64,000 nucleotides of DNA, taken from the IMG/VR virus record IMGVR_UViG_3300044634_002018. One strand, 5' to 3'. Below the pieces are notes generated by a model. It was given only the letters and a program-made list of their open reading frames with translations. It did not search any database and was not told where the DNA came from. The translations under genes were made by a program, and so were the position numbers. Source of the stretch: an uncultured virus (IMG/VR IMGVR_UViG_3300044634_002018) (Duplodnaviria > Heunggongvirae > Uroviricota > Caudoviricetes). This document shows, one piece after another, positions 19,167-28,756 of this stretch. Numbering within the stretch: the first letter of the stretch is position 1; each line of letters starts with the position of its first letter.

Positions 19167-19690
19167 TGTGTAACTGCGCTCAACCTTGTACTACTTGTAC
19201 TCCTATACAACCTTGCTTGGGTTGTGGAACAACAATCAACACTGATTGTGTTATATTTAACAAAGAACCTTTATTGGGAGAAAATGTTGTACCCAATTCT
19301 TCTAGGTCTTTGACCAATATCCTTCAAAGTATAACAGGAAATCCTGCACCATTGGTGTCAGAATTTCACACAATAGGGGATGGTAACTTTACTCTTGGAG
19401 CCAATTCCAGTGTAATCTTTTTACAAGACCTTGAATCTGTAACCAACGTAAATGCTACTGTAACTCTTCCTGTGGGAAATCTTGCATACGCAGATAAAAT
19501 TTATACTTTTATAAACACAACTCCTACTGCGTCGGGTGCTTGGAGTTTTAACATTCCTTTGCCTTATGGTTATAATCCAGTATTGACAAGTCCTTCCTAT
19601 AATATTATCGTAGGAGCACTTCCAAGTCGAGTGTTAAGAGTAGCATACATTAAAACAAATGCGGCTTCCTACGGATGGGTGGTACTTTAA
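19166..19690 (+). CDS. Cys-rich N-terminal, fibre-like structural protein
   Basis: MCNCAQPCTTC...CLGC...TDCV; C-terminal TVTLP...IYTFIN beta domain. Confidence 0.6.
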   Translation: MCNCAQPCTTCTPIQPCLGCGTTINTDCVIFNKEPLLGENVVPNSSRSLTNILQSITGNPAPLVSEFHTIGDGNFTLGANSSVIFLQDLESVTNVNATVTLPVGNLAYADKIYTFINTTPTASGAWSFNIPLPYGYNPVLTSPSYNIIVGALPSRVLRVAYIKTNAASYGWVVL

Positions 19691-19748
19691 GATAAAATAA
19701 AGAACGGCTTTTAAATTTTTTTTTTTTCATATATTAATAGGTTTGGAG

Positions 19749-19773
19749 GGCAAGCAGTAATGTTTGCCTTTTT
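19749..19773 (+). terminator. Intrinsic terminator
   Basis: GGCAAGCA-GTAA-TGTTTGCC stem-loop followed by TTTTT. Confidence 0.7.
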
Positions 19774-19849
19774 ATTTATATGCTACCCTTAATAATTTTA
19801 TTTATTAGTTCCAGAAATATAAAAACCTTTATAACAATGGAAAAGTTTG

Positions 19850-19857
19850 TAACTTTG
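19850..19857 (+). promoter_or_regulatory. Bacteroidota -7 element TAACTTTG
   Basis: TAnnTTTG match ending 5 nt before ATG 19863. Confidence 0.6.
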
Positions 19858-19862
19858 CAACC

Positions 19863-20972
19863 ATGCTAGAAAAAATTAAAGAAATAGTACTTGCATTTAC
19901 TGAAAACCCAATCAGAATTACGTATTCTTTTAACCAATTGAAAGCCACTTATAAAGCCACAGAAGATGAAATCAGAGAAGCAAAAAAGCAATACAAAGAA
20001 GGTTTAGTAGAAAAAAGCCTTCCAGATATGCTTACCAATTTGCCTGAAAATTCAACCATAGAAAGGGCTTGGGTAAACAACAAAGGAAAAGTTTCTTTAC
20101 AAGTCCGGTTCAATGAGGAAGAAATAAAAGAAGTTCAATTTGAGCCTTCTATTCTCCAAGTAAATCCTAAAGAGAACTCAAACGTTCTTTTGGTGTATCT
20201 TTCAGACAAACACATAGGAGCAAAAGTTAGTGAAGACTCTATGTTAGAAAATAACTATTCTGGAAAAATATTTCAGGAACGGCTTCAATTGGTTTTAAAT
20301 GAAATAATTAACTTAGACACTATTTTTCATTTCTCAAAAATAATAGTATGTGATCTAGGGGATGCAATTGACGGGCAAGAAGGTTATACAGGTTCTAGGA
20401 GTCACAGGCTCCCCCAGAACTTGGACACAAAAGAAGTTTACAGAGTGTTTATGCAAAGTCATCTTGACTTTTTTACCACACTTCAAAACCATTATTCTGG
20501 AGCCATAGAGTTTAGGTCAGTAGGAGATTCAAACCACGGAGGGGAATTAGAGTGGGTTCTTAACAATAACCTTGCTTCTCTCTTAGAATTGAAAGGAATT
20601 TATTGCGTAGTAGGAAATAAGTTTATTGAGCATTTTGAGATAGAAGATCACACATTTTTAATATGCCACGGAAAAGATTGGAAAGACATGAAACACGGTT
20701 TACCATTAAATCTTGACCAGAAGACAGAACTTTACATCAAGTCTTACATAGACCAAGTAGGGTTAAGTTCTAAATACATTCATTTTATTAAGGGTGACCT
20801 TCATCAAGCCAACACCCAATACAACAAATTCTTTAGGTACAAAAATGTTCTCTCTTTATTTGGTTCTTCAAAATGGGTCCAAACCAACTTTATGTCCAAC
20901 ACTAGAGGAGTTTGCATGGACATATTAAGCCTCTCTGAAAACAAGATAACAGAGCATTACTTTTTTATCTAA
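19863..20972 (+). CDS. Calcineurin-like metallophosphoesterase
   Basis: SDKHIG, DLGDAID, GDSNHG, CHG and GDLH motifs. Confidence 0.85.
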   Translation: MLEKIKEIVLAFTENPIRITYSFNQLKATYKATEDEIREAKKQYKEGLVEKSLPDMLTNLPENSTIERAWVNNKGKVSLQVRFNEEEIKEVQFEPSILQVNPKENSNVLLVYLSDKHIGAKVSEDSMLENNYSGKIFQERLQLVLNEIINLDTIFHFSKIIVCDLGDAIDGQEGYTGSRSHRLPQNLDTKEVYRVFMQSHLDFFTTLQNHYSGAIEFRSVGDSNHGGELEWVLNNNLASLLELKGIYCVVGNKFIEHFEIEDHTFLICHGKDWKDMKHGLPLNLDQKTELYIKSYIDQVGLSSKYIHFIKGDLHQANTQYNKFFRYKNVLSLFGSSKWVQTNFMSNTRGVCMDILSLSENKITEHYFFI

Positions 20973-21019
20973 AAAAATTAAACAAAATTTGCCCCAATTT
21001 AAAATAAATTCCATATCTT

Positions 21020-21502
21020 ATGGTCAATAACTGCATAGCACCTCACAATGAATACAGGTCCACAAAGAATCAAGGTGATTACAACTTTTACAGTGAGGAC
21101 ACAATTAGTACCTACCTAAAAAATAACGTGATAGGGACTAAAGGAGTATCCGAAAATTGTTTGAGGCAACTTGGTTATTTAATAGCCTCTGAGGTAGTAA
21201 ACAATACAGACGGGGTTTATTTCGAGGGTTTGGGAACATTGAGGGTAAGTGGTAATTTACGCAAAACAATAGACCACAAATCTTCAAAAATAGCCAACAA
21301 AAAAGTGTACCTTAGGAATGTACAAACAGGAGGATTAGTATTTAGAGCACACTTGTTGTTAATTCCTTCAAAATGGAGTGGTGTAAGATATTTTAAAAGT
21401 TCTTACTCTCTCCGAATGTCATTAAAGGAAAGAATCAAGAAAGGTTATATGCACTTTTTGGTGTTTCCGAATCTAAAATCAGTCAATAATCCACACAGGT
21501 AA
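21020..21502 (+). CDS. IHF/HU-like DNA-binding protein
   Basis: DGVYFEGLGTLRV; basic; precedes ring/muzzle genes as in crAss-like phages. Confidence 0.65.
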   Translation: MVNNCIAPHNEYRSTKNQGDYNFYSEDTISTYLKNNVIGTKGVSENCLRQLGYLIASEVVNNTDGVYFEGLGTLRVSGNLRKTIDHKSSKIANKKVYLRNVQTGGLVFRAHLLLIPSKWSGVRYFKSSYSLRMSLKERIKKGYMHFLVFPNLKSVNNPHR

Positions 21503-21506
21503 TTAA

Positions 21507-22178
21507 ATGGACACAATAGGAACAATAGTAGCAAGGTTAAGGTCAGCACTCAAGGAGACTACATCAGACAGCATGTACTCCAACAGAGGTTTGTGGAATG
21601 AGTTCGTTTCAGAGGCCAAGGTTTTTATTAAAAGAGACGCGGACAACGAGAGAAAAATTTATAAAACCACAGAGGCTTGGCAGAAAGTCTGCTTGAAAAT
21701 GGAAAAGAGTTCACCTCTTTTGTGTAATCTGAGCATACCTTTAACTTATTCGATTTATAAGTCACTTTTTAAAATACCTGACTTGTTTGAAACATCAACA
21801 GGTCCTTTGGTTCAGTTTATTTCCACACCTGATAATTCTGTCAATATAACCTTGGTTACGCCTTTAGAGTTTCAGATTAAAACTAATCTGCGATATTCTA
21901 AGGGAAGGTTTGCATTTATTTATGATGGGTATTTGTGGACCAATCTATCTTATTCTAATTTGGTGTTAAGTGGGGTATTTTTTGAGACTAAAGTTGACTG
22001 TGAATGTAACCCCATAATTAAGCCTTGTTCCAGTATGTTAGACAAACCTTGTGGAGTTCCTAGTTATTTGGTGGCTCCTGCTGTAACCAGCACTCTCCAA
22101 AAATTGTTACCTACTTTAAACAGACCAACTGACAACGTGGTTAACATGTCAGAGTCACAAAGAGAGAACTCAATATGA
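21507..22178 (+). CDS. Tail ring/tubular protein
   Basis: Synteny; FAFIYDGYLW motif; Cys pairs. Confidence 0.65.
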   Translation: MDTIGTIVARLRSALKETTSDSMYSNRGLWNEFVSEAKVFIKRDADNERKIYKTTEAWQKVCLKMEKSSPLLCNLSIPLTYSIYKSLFKIPDLFETSTGPLVQFISTPDNSVNITLVTPLEFQIKTNLRYSKGRFAFIYDGYLWTNLSYSNLVLSGVFFETKVDCECNPIIKPCSSMLDKPCGVPSYLVAPAVTSTLQKLLPTLNRPTDNVVNMSESQRENSI

Positions 22179-22975
22179 ATTTTATAAGCAGTGAAGTACT
22201 CGTAAACAACGTAAAAAACAGACTCTCCACTTACTTTGCCCAAGGTACAGTAGATGAGTCTCATTTGTACAAAGCAATTAAATCTTGCCTTGACAGAATA
22301 GGATTTAAGGCTCATCAATTAAAAGTGGTAACTCTCAATATTCAAGACAAACAATGTGATCTGCCTTGTGATTTTTTCAAAGTAGAAAGTATTATGGGCT
22401 ATGAACAAGTCGAGTATTACGATTTGAATGAAAGAGAACAAGGAATTATGAGAATCTCGGAAAGGGAAGTAGTAAGTATTCCAGTATGCAAAACTAAATT
22501 TGATTATTGCCAAGATACTTGCGGAAATCTTATAGAGATTATACAGGAGTTTAATCTTGAAAAAATCAAATACACTTCTTTGTTTCCGGTCCATTTAGAC
22601 AGCAGAGTAGGCGATTCTATTACTATTCAGAACGGTAAGATTTATGCAAATTTTAGCGGGAATATTATTCTTACTTACCTATCTGACAATTGGGATGGAG
22701 AAGAGTTTTTAGTGCCTGACCATACCCAGATTACAGATTGGATAGAAACAGCAATGGAGGTTGAGTGTCTTGAGGTGCTCTATCTTAATCAGGTATCTGA
22801 CGCTATCCAGAGGCTCCAATACCTCCAAAATAAATTGGTGGAAAAACAAGCAATAGCACGTTCGTTTTATAAAATGAATGAAGTTAAAGACTTTTACAAT
22901 TTAAGAGCAGTCTTAAACAAAAGATATTCAGCCTATAAGAATTTCATCAGACCTAGAAACACACATTATTTATGA
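22175..22975 (+). CDS. Tail ring/tubular protein
   Basis: CDLPCDFF...IQNGKIYANF...LTYL...LVPD pattern; ATGA coupling. Confidence 0.65.
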   Translation: MNFISSEVLVNNVKNRLSTYFAQGTVDESHLYKAIKSCLDRIGFKAHQLKVVTLNIQDKQCDLPCDFFKVESIMGYEQVEYYDLNEREQGIMRISEREVVSIPVCKTKFDYCQDTCGNLIEIIQEFNLEKIKYTSLFPVHLDSRVGDSITIQNGKIYANFSGNIILTYLSDNWDGEEFLVPDHTQITDWIETAMEVECLEVLYLNQVSDAIQRLQYLQNKLVEKQAIARSFYKMNEVKDFYNLRAVLNKRYSAYKNFIRPRNTHYL

Positions 22976-25900
22976 AGACTGTAAAAAATCTTGCATTTCC
23001 TAAATTAAACTTGGACTCACATTTCTCAGCCTTAGAGCAGAGAGATTTGGTTTATATGTTGAACGGGACTGTAAAAGGGCACGAAGGTAATTCAGAGGTG
23101 TTTATTCAAAACATGCTCTCCAATGAGTTGTGTGTAAAATTTACAGACACATTTGTAGGAGCCATTTCATTAGATAAGTTTCAATACATAGTAGGTCTTA
23201 AAGGTTCTAGTTCTAAACTAGTTTTAGTAAACTTGGAAAACTGCACTCAAACAGAATTAATAAATGATCCTTGTTTGAACTTTGACCCTTTGTTTCCTAT
23301 TCGTGGTGTGTCTAAGAGACTCAATGAAACAAACGAAAGAATAATTTACTGGATAGACGGAAAGAATCCTAACAGGTATTTAAACATAGATCAAACTTTA
23401 TTAGGAAATTACCCCAAAGTTACTAATGCTAGTGATTGTTTGACGTGTGGGATTATCACAACTGATGCTTTGGATTGTAATAAAATCAGATTGAATAAAA
23501 CTCACAAACCTCCTTGTCTTAAACTCAAGACAAACAAACAAGGAAGTTTTTCCACAGGAACCTATCAAGTTGGAATTGCTTATTCTGAGGATGGAATTAC
23601 TTTTTCTGATTTTTATTTCAGTGACGTGGTTAAAAACCAAAGTTACAAACAAGACATAGGGTTTGATCTCAGTGTAGAATGCGTATATTCGCCTTTTCAA
23701 TATTTTACAGTAATCCTAGTAACCCAGACCAGAAACGGACAAGTAGTTTACAATTTTGGAGAGTATTCTCAGGGAACTACTTCTATTAACCTTTCTAATT
23801 TCTCGAATGCAACCGTCTTAGACATCAACACAGCCCTTTCTAAACGGGTAGTATATGACACTTCTAGTCACATAGTCACCAATGATGAAACGTTGTTATT
23901 GGGGAAACATCAAGCAGTTGAACCTTTAGAATATCAACTTCTGGCCAACAACATTCAAGTAGAATGGCTAGAAAAGAAAGTACCAGCAAAAGAGGCACAT
24001 TTGTTTAAAGGGTTTCTTAGAGACGAAACTTATGACTTTGCAATAGAGTGGCTGGATGAACTTGGAAGAAGAAGAGGTGTGTATCATATTCCCGGAAGAG
24101 CATTAGGTCCTAATTACATGTTGACCACACCCACAGGTGTAGTAACTGAGAATGCAGACATTCCTGAATCCTTGTACACGTATGAAAATTTAGAACCTTG
24201 TGCAGATGTACCTACTAAAGTGTGGGAAGTCAAAAACACTGCTTATATAACGAGTGTGGTAGCAGGTGATTGTATAGCGTGTTTAGAAGTTCCTACTGTA
24301 ACCAAGGTTGGTAAAATGGGCTACTATGAATGCAAGGATTTAAAATATCCTGATGAAAACAGGTGGGGAAACCTCCGTTGTCAACCTATACGTAGGCATA
24401 GATTTCCTTCTAGTGATCTTACGCACATACATAATAATGGAACTTGCTTTACGGAGACTATTACGGAAATATTAGGGTTTGATGAAGATAATCAACCTGT
24501 GTTGTCCTCTTATGATGTAACCAAGTTTGTACCGGATAATTGTGTAAACATACTCGGAGTAAGGTTAAAGAACGTGTCTCCTCCAGTAGTTAATGGGCAG
24601 TCCATGACTGGTTGGAAATATAGACTTTTATACTCTGACAGAACAGGTAACAAGTCTATTCTTCACAAAGGTTTACTTTATAATGTCAACAAAGAAGTTG
24701 ACAAAGGTACTGAAATAATGTATCCCAATTACCCTTATAATGACTTAAAGAAAGATGTTTATCTTTCTAAAACTCAGACAAATGAATCCACTGGTTTTCC
24801 CAACCATCTTCATGCTGACTTATATTATAAAAATCGGTTTACTTATCATTCTCCTGATATTCATTACAGAGAAACTAGGAATGAGTTTGGCACAGAGTTA
24901 AAAATGTACACTGAGGAGATAGGGAAAATTACTTCCAAATTTAACGAGGTTTACAGACACCCCAAAGTAGGCATAGGAGCAACTGTGCCTGATGTAAAAA
25001 CAAGTCACCCTTACGCACAACAGTTTGACTCTTACGCACAGTTTGAGTCATTTCAAGTATTCCAAGAACCTCTTGACGAAAGGAGAAAAATAGAACAATC
25101 TCAATGGTTGTATCCTATTAAACAATTTGTTTCTAACGGAGAAAGGTTTAATAATAAAGAAAGAGAGACTTCTTACTACTTAGAGGTTGAAAAAGACGTA
25201 CCTAACCCTATTAATGAAGACACTTCCAGATTTACTAGGGGAGATATAGATTGCAGAGACAGCACGCAGCCTTGTGACAACATAACCATAGGAGGCGTAG
25301 AGTATCCTATACAAGCAGTTTCTTATTACGTGGGAGTACGTACTCCTCAGAAAAACCAATATGGGAATGTAAATCAACCTACTTATATTCCGGTTGAGTC
25401 TTGTTTTAAGAATTATAACTTACAAGCAGACTTTTTTGGGGGTGACACTTACATAAGTCGTCACTCTGATTTTAGAAAGATGCCTATGTTTGATGAATAT
25501 TTATACGATGTGCCTTACAACACTGAGTATAATTACCGAGACAAACGTAATGTGTGGTATCCTACTTACTGGTATGACAACCTTACTAGCGCAGGAGACA
25601 AGGCTAGGTTGAGTTGTTTTATTAATAACTCGTTAGAATCTGGAGCAGATTTTGGGTATTTTTATCTTTGGGTAACAGGTTGTCCTTATTATTGGTGTGA
25701 GAGTGAATTTATAGGAAACTTTAGGGAGCAAGACATGACACCTAACTCTAGGTTTTTTCCAGAAACTACTTACTTTGAATTGTCAAAGGCTGATAATATT
25801 CGTTTACAACCTACTTATCTTTATGACTTTTCATTACTCAATAAAACAGTCGAAGAAATTAAGTTAAGCGGTTACACTAAAAGTGATGCAAATTTCACTG

Positions 25901-27054
25901 TTACTTACTCACTTAAAAACGATTTACAAAGTGCAGGAGATAACTGGTTAAAATTCTTACCACTTAACTACACAATTCTTCCACAGATTTACGGAGAATT
26001 TACAGGGCTGCATTATATAGATCAATACTCTATATTTTTTCTTTTTGAAAATATGATTTTATATTCCCAAGAAGATTATACTTTTCAAACAAACGAAGGT
26101 AACACTATCTTTTTGGCCCAAGGAGACATTTTTTCCAAAAGGTTGAGAAAAGTAGCCAATGAGTTTACAGGATACTCAGGATCAGTAGATCCTAATTCCT
26201 TTATTAATACTCGATTTGGAACTTTCTACCTAGATAGATACAGAAAAAAACTTTTTCAATGGACTGGTCAACTCAAGGAATTGGTAGGTGTAAGTTCATT
26301 CCTTGAGACTTATCTCTCGAATACTAATCCCGGATATAAAAATTCCTTGGTAACAGTGTATGACAATTTTACAGGAATGCTGTTTTTCACGGACAAACTG
26401 ACTGGTTGGACTATTTCTTATTCTCCTTACACTGACGGGTTTATTTCATTCCACTCATTTGTTCCTGACTGGTATCTTACTATGCCTAATAATTTCTGTT
26501 CAGTCAAAAACAACGGAATATGGAAACACAATAAAAAATACGATTATCAAAGGTATTATGGTTCAGTAGAATTATTTGATGTAGGATTCGTAGAAGTGCA
26601 ACAAGAAGATTCTGAATTGCAAAGTATTTCGGTTATAGTAGATTTTATAAAGGTGGAAGGTTACAAAAAGTTTGCTTATTCTAAGAAATTTTTTGACCAA
26701 GTATTTGTTTATAACAATAACAGTTCTACTGGTATTCTTACCCTCTTACTCAAGGATAGAAATGACAGAACTCAAAGTCTTTCCCAAAATAGAGAAGGTC
26801 AAGCAGAGGTCACTAGAATTAAGGGAAATACTTTTAACATTAACAAGTTAGAAAATAACCACAGTCAAGGAGCCATCTTAGAATACCAATCCAACGGAAT
26901 GTATTATTTTCCTCTCAATATAGTGGACAAACCACCTACGGTTCGTGAAACCATTAAAGGAAAGTGGAATGTAATTCATCTTAGAGCAGCACAGTCCGAC
27001 AAGATTATACTTCAATTAAACGAGCCTCTCACAGATGCTATAAATCAAAAGTAA
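22972..27054 (+). CDS. Tail stabilisation/muzzle protein (P22 gp10-like position)
   Basis: 1360 aa; IYWIDGKNPNRYLNI, FLRDETY, FFGGDTYI and GFISFHSFVPDWY beta-propeller-type motifs. Confidence 0.8.
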   Translation: MKTVKNLAFPKLNLDSHFSALEQRDLVYMLNGTVKGHEGNSEVFIQNMLSNELCVKFTDTFVGAISLDKFQYIVGLKGSSSKLVLVNLENCTQTELINDPCLNFDPLFPIRGVSKRLNETNERIIYWIDGKNPNRYLNIDQTLLGNYPKVTNASDCLTCGIITTDALDCNKIRLNKTHKPPCLKLKTNKQGSFSTGTYQVGIAYSEDGITFSDFYFSDVVKNQSYKQDIGFDLSVECVYSPFQYFTVILVTQTRNGQVVYNFGEYSQGTTSINLSNFSNATVLDINTALSKRVVYDTSSHIVTNDETLLLGKHQAVEPLEYQLLANNIQVEWLEKKVPAKEAHLFKGFLRDETYDFAIEWLDELGRRRGVYHIPGRALGPNYMLTTPTGVVTENADIPESLYTYENLEPCADVPTKVWEVKNTAYITSVVAGDCIACLEVPTVTKVGKMGYYECKDLKYPDENRWGNLRCQPIRRHRFPSSDLTHIHNNGTCFTETITEILGFDEDNQPVLSSYDVTKFVPDNCVNILGVRLKNVSPPVVNGQSMTGWKYRLLYSDRTGNKSILHKGLLYNVNKEVDKGTEIMYPNYPYNDLKKDVYLSKTQTNESTGFPNHLHADLYYKNRFTYHSPDIHYRETRNEFGTELKMYTEEIGKITSKFNEVYRHPKVGIGATVPDVKTSHPYAQQFDSYAQFESFQVFQEPLDERRKIEQSQWLYPIKQFVSNGERFNNKERETSYYLEVEKDVPNPINEDTSRFTRGDIDCRDSTQPCDNITIGGVEYPIQAVSYYVGVRTPQKNQYGNVNQPTYIPVESCFKNYNLQADFFGGDTYISRHSDFRKMPMFDEYLYDVPYNTEYNYRDKRNVWYPTYWYDNLTSAGDKARLSCFINNSLESGADFGYFYLWVTGCPYYWCESEFIGNFREQDMTPNSRFFPETTYFELSKADNIRLQPTYLYDFSLLNKTVEEIKLSGYTKSDANFTVTYSLKNDLQSAGDNWLKFLPLNYTILPQIYGEFTGLHYIDQYSIFFLFENMILYSQEDYTFQTNEGNTIFLAQGDIFSKRLRKVANEFTGYSGSVDPNSFINTRFGTFYLDRYRKKLFQWTGQLKELVGVSSFLETYLSNTNPGYKNSLVTVYDNFTGMLFFTDKLTGWTISYSPYTDGFISFHSFVPDWYLTMPNNFCSVKNNGIWKHNKKYDYQRYYGSVELFDVGFVEVQQEDSELQSISVIVDFIKVEGYKKFAYSKKFFDQVFVYNNNSSTGILTLLLKDRNDRTQSLSQNREGQAEVTRIKGNTFNINKLENNHSQGAILEYQSNGMYYFPLNIVDKPPTVRETIKGKWNVIHLRAAQSDKIILQLNEPLTDAINQK

Positions 27055-28328
27055 TGTTAACAGAAAGAAGTAAAAAGTTTTTAAAAAAATATCAAAGTGG
27101 TGGAGTTATCCAGCAATTACCACAGTTACCTTTGGGTCAAGTACAAAGCATGACTGCTCCTGCAATCCAGCAGGCACAGCAGGCTCAAGCATTACAAAAT
27201 GCTCGAATTCCAAATATGCTTTCTCAAATACCTCAAGGACAAAGTTTTCAAACACCTCCTACTCAATCCCAATCCCAATCTCAATCTCAATCTACGCTTG
27301 ACATAATAGGGCAAACTGCTGGTTCTATTCCTATTCTGGGGATGTTTGCACAAGCAGGTTATGGTGGTTATCAAATAGGTAAATCTTTCAAAGAAAAAAG
27401 AAAGCAAAAAAGATTAGACAATGCTTATAAGGCTGATCTTGAGGAAAGAAAACAGGATATAAGGAATAACGAGTATGTAAATACTCCTTATTCTTTTCAA
27501 GAAGGCGGGTTTAATCTAAATCTTCAAGACACCAATCAAGACATCCAAAGACAGTGGGAAGAATACTATCAAGGGTTGAATCAACAAAACATCAACCGTT
27601 ACAAGCAGACCCAACAACAAGGAATATCATCAGTAGGACAAGCAGCCTCTCAATATGTAGGACTTGCTAAAACTATGGCTTCTGGAATGGCTCAAGAAGG
27701 TGGGGATGCTTCTCAAATTACAAACCAAACAGACATTTACTCCACTGATTTTGATCCTAATGCTTTTCTTGGTACTGAAAACTCAGAACAAGAAATGAAA
27801 GTAAATCAAAACCAAGAACTGTTAAAATGGGTGTTTGAAGACGAAAATGAGTATTCCCCAATTCAAGACGAGTATGAAAATTACTCATCAGATTCGGGCA
27901 TGAGTGCAGACGGAGTAATTGCAGGAATAGGGCAGAGCGAATCAGGAGGTGATTATTCTGTGATTAACCCTACAACTGGAACCACAGGTAAGTACCAATT
28001 CCATCCTAAGTATTGGGCCAAACAAATAGGTGAGTACATGGGCATAGATGGAACCAATGAAGAGATAATGAACGAGTTCAAAAACTCCCCCAAAACACAA
28101 GAAAGTTTTATGAACTACGTAGTGAATGATATTTACAAGCCAGAGATTAAAAAGTTAAAACCATACGCAGATAAGTACGGATTTACAGAAGAAGAAATGA
28201 TAAGATTTTTGCATTACAGGGGATTAGCAGACACTAAAAAAAGGTTAGTAACTGGTAATTTTGAAGTGTCTCAATCTGAGAAAGAGAAGTACGGAAACCC
28301 GAATATATTAGATTACATAAAAAGATAA
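27054..28328 (+). CDS. Virion cargo protein with C-terminal lysozyme-like (lytic transglycosylase) domain
   Basis: Gln-rich N-terminus, hydrophobic segment, QxGG motifs; IGQSESGGDY...GTTGKYQF and QESFM motifs from about 27910. Confidence 0.72.
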   Translation: MLTERSKKFLKKYQSGGVIQQLPQLPLGQVQSMTAPAIQQAQQAQALQNARIPNMLSQIPQGQSFQTPPTQSQSQSQSQSTLDIIGQTAGSIPILGMFAQAGYGGYQIGKSFKEKRKQKRLDNAYKADLEERKQDIRNNEYVNTPYSFQEGGFNLNLQDTNQDIQRQWEEYYQGLNQQNINRYKQTQQQGISSVGQAASQYVGLAKTMASGMAQEGGDASQITNQTDIYSTDFDPNAFLGTENSEQEMKVNQNQELLKWVFEDENEYSPIQDEYENYSSDSGMSADGVIAGIGQSESGGDYSVINPTTGTTGKYQFHPKYWAKQIGEYMGIDGTNEEIMNEFKNSPKTQESFMNYVVNDIYKPEIKKLKPYADKYGFTEEEMIRFLHYRGLADTKKRLVTGNFEVSQSEKEKYGNPNILDYIKR

Positions 28329-28336
28329 AAAATAAT

Positions 28337-28756
28337 ATGTTTAAATTAAAAGTATCAAACGAAGTACCATATAGTCAAGAAGAGAAGGAGTTACAACCTG
28401 TAACCATTTCCTCTTTCCTTTCTAAATTATTTTACTTTCAGACAGCCACCAAATTCCTTCATCTTAAAGTTACAGGAACAGGTTCATTTGCTGCACATCT
28501 TGCCATAGGAGACCTCTATGACACTCTATCAGAGTTGTGTGACAGTCTTACTGAAACTGCTCAGACAGAGGAGATTTTGAATCTTACGCACGAAAAAATA
28601 GTATCCTCAGAAATAAACAAAGATATAATCACAGAAATGTGTACTTTTGTGGATTCTAATCGTTATGTTTTCCCTCACAGTTTTCAACAAAACATGATTG
28701 ATAACTTGACAGAAAAACTAGCATTGACTAAATACAAACTTAAATTCTTGTCATAA
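28337..28756 (+). CDS. Ferritin/Dps-like four-helix protein (DUF5856-like)
   Basis: HLKVTG.GSFAAHLAIGDLYDTL...D.L.E...TKYKLKFL. Confidence 0.75.
   Translation: MFKLKVSNEVPYSQEEKELQPVTISSFLSKLFYFQTATKFLHLKVTGTGSFAAHLAIGDLYDTLSELCDSLTETAQTEEILNLTHEKIVSSEINKDIITEMCTFVDSNRYVFPHSFQQNMIDNLTEKLALTKYKLKFLS

Noticed and set aside
19716..19727. 12-nt poly-T tract as a phase-variation switch
   Set aside because: Intergenic, upstream of the terminator and not within a promoter spacer or ORF that I can identify; may be a simple AT-rich tract or a homopolymer error
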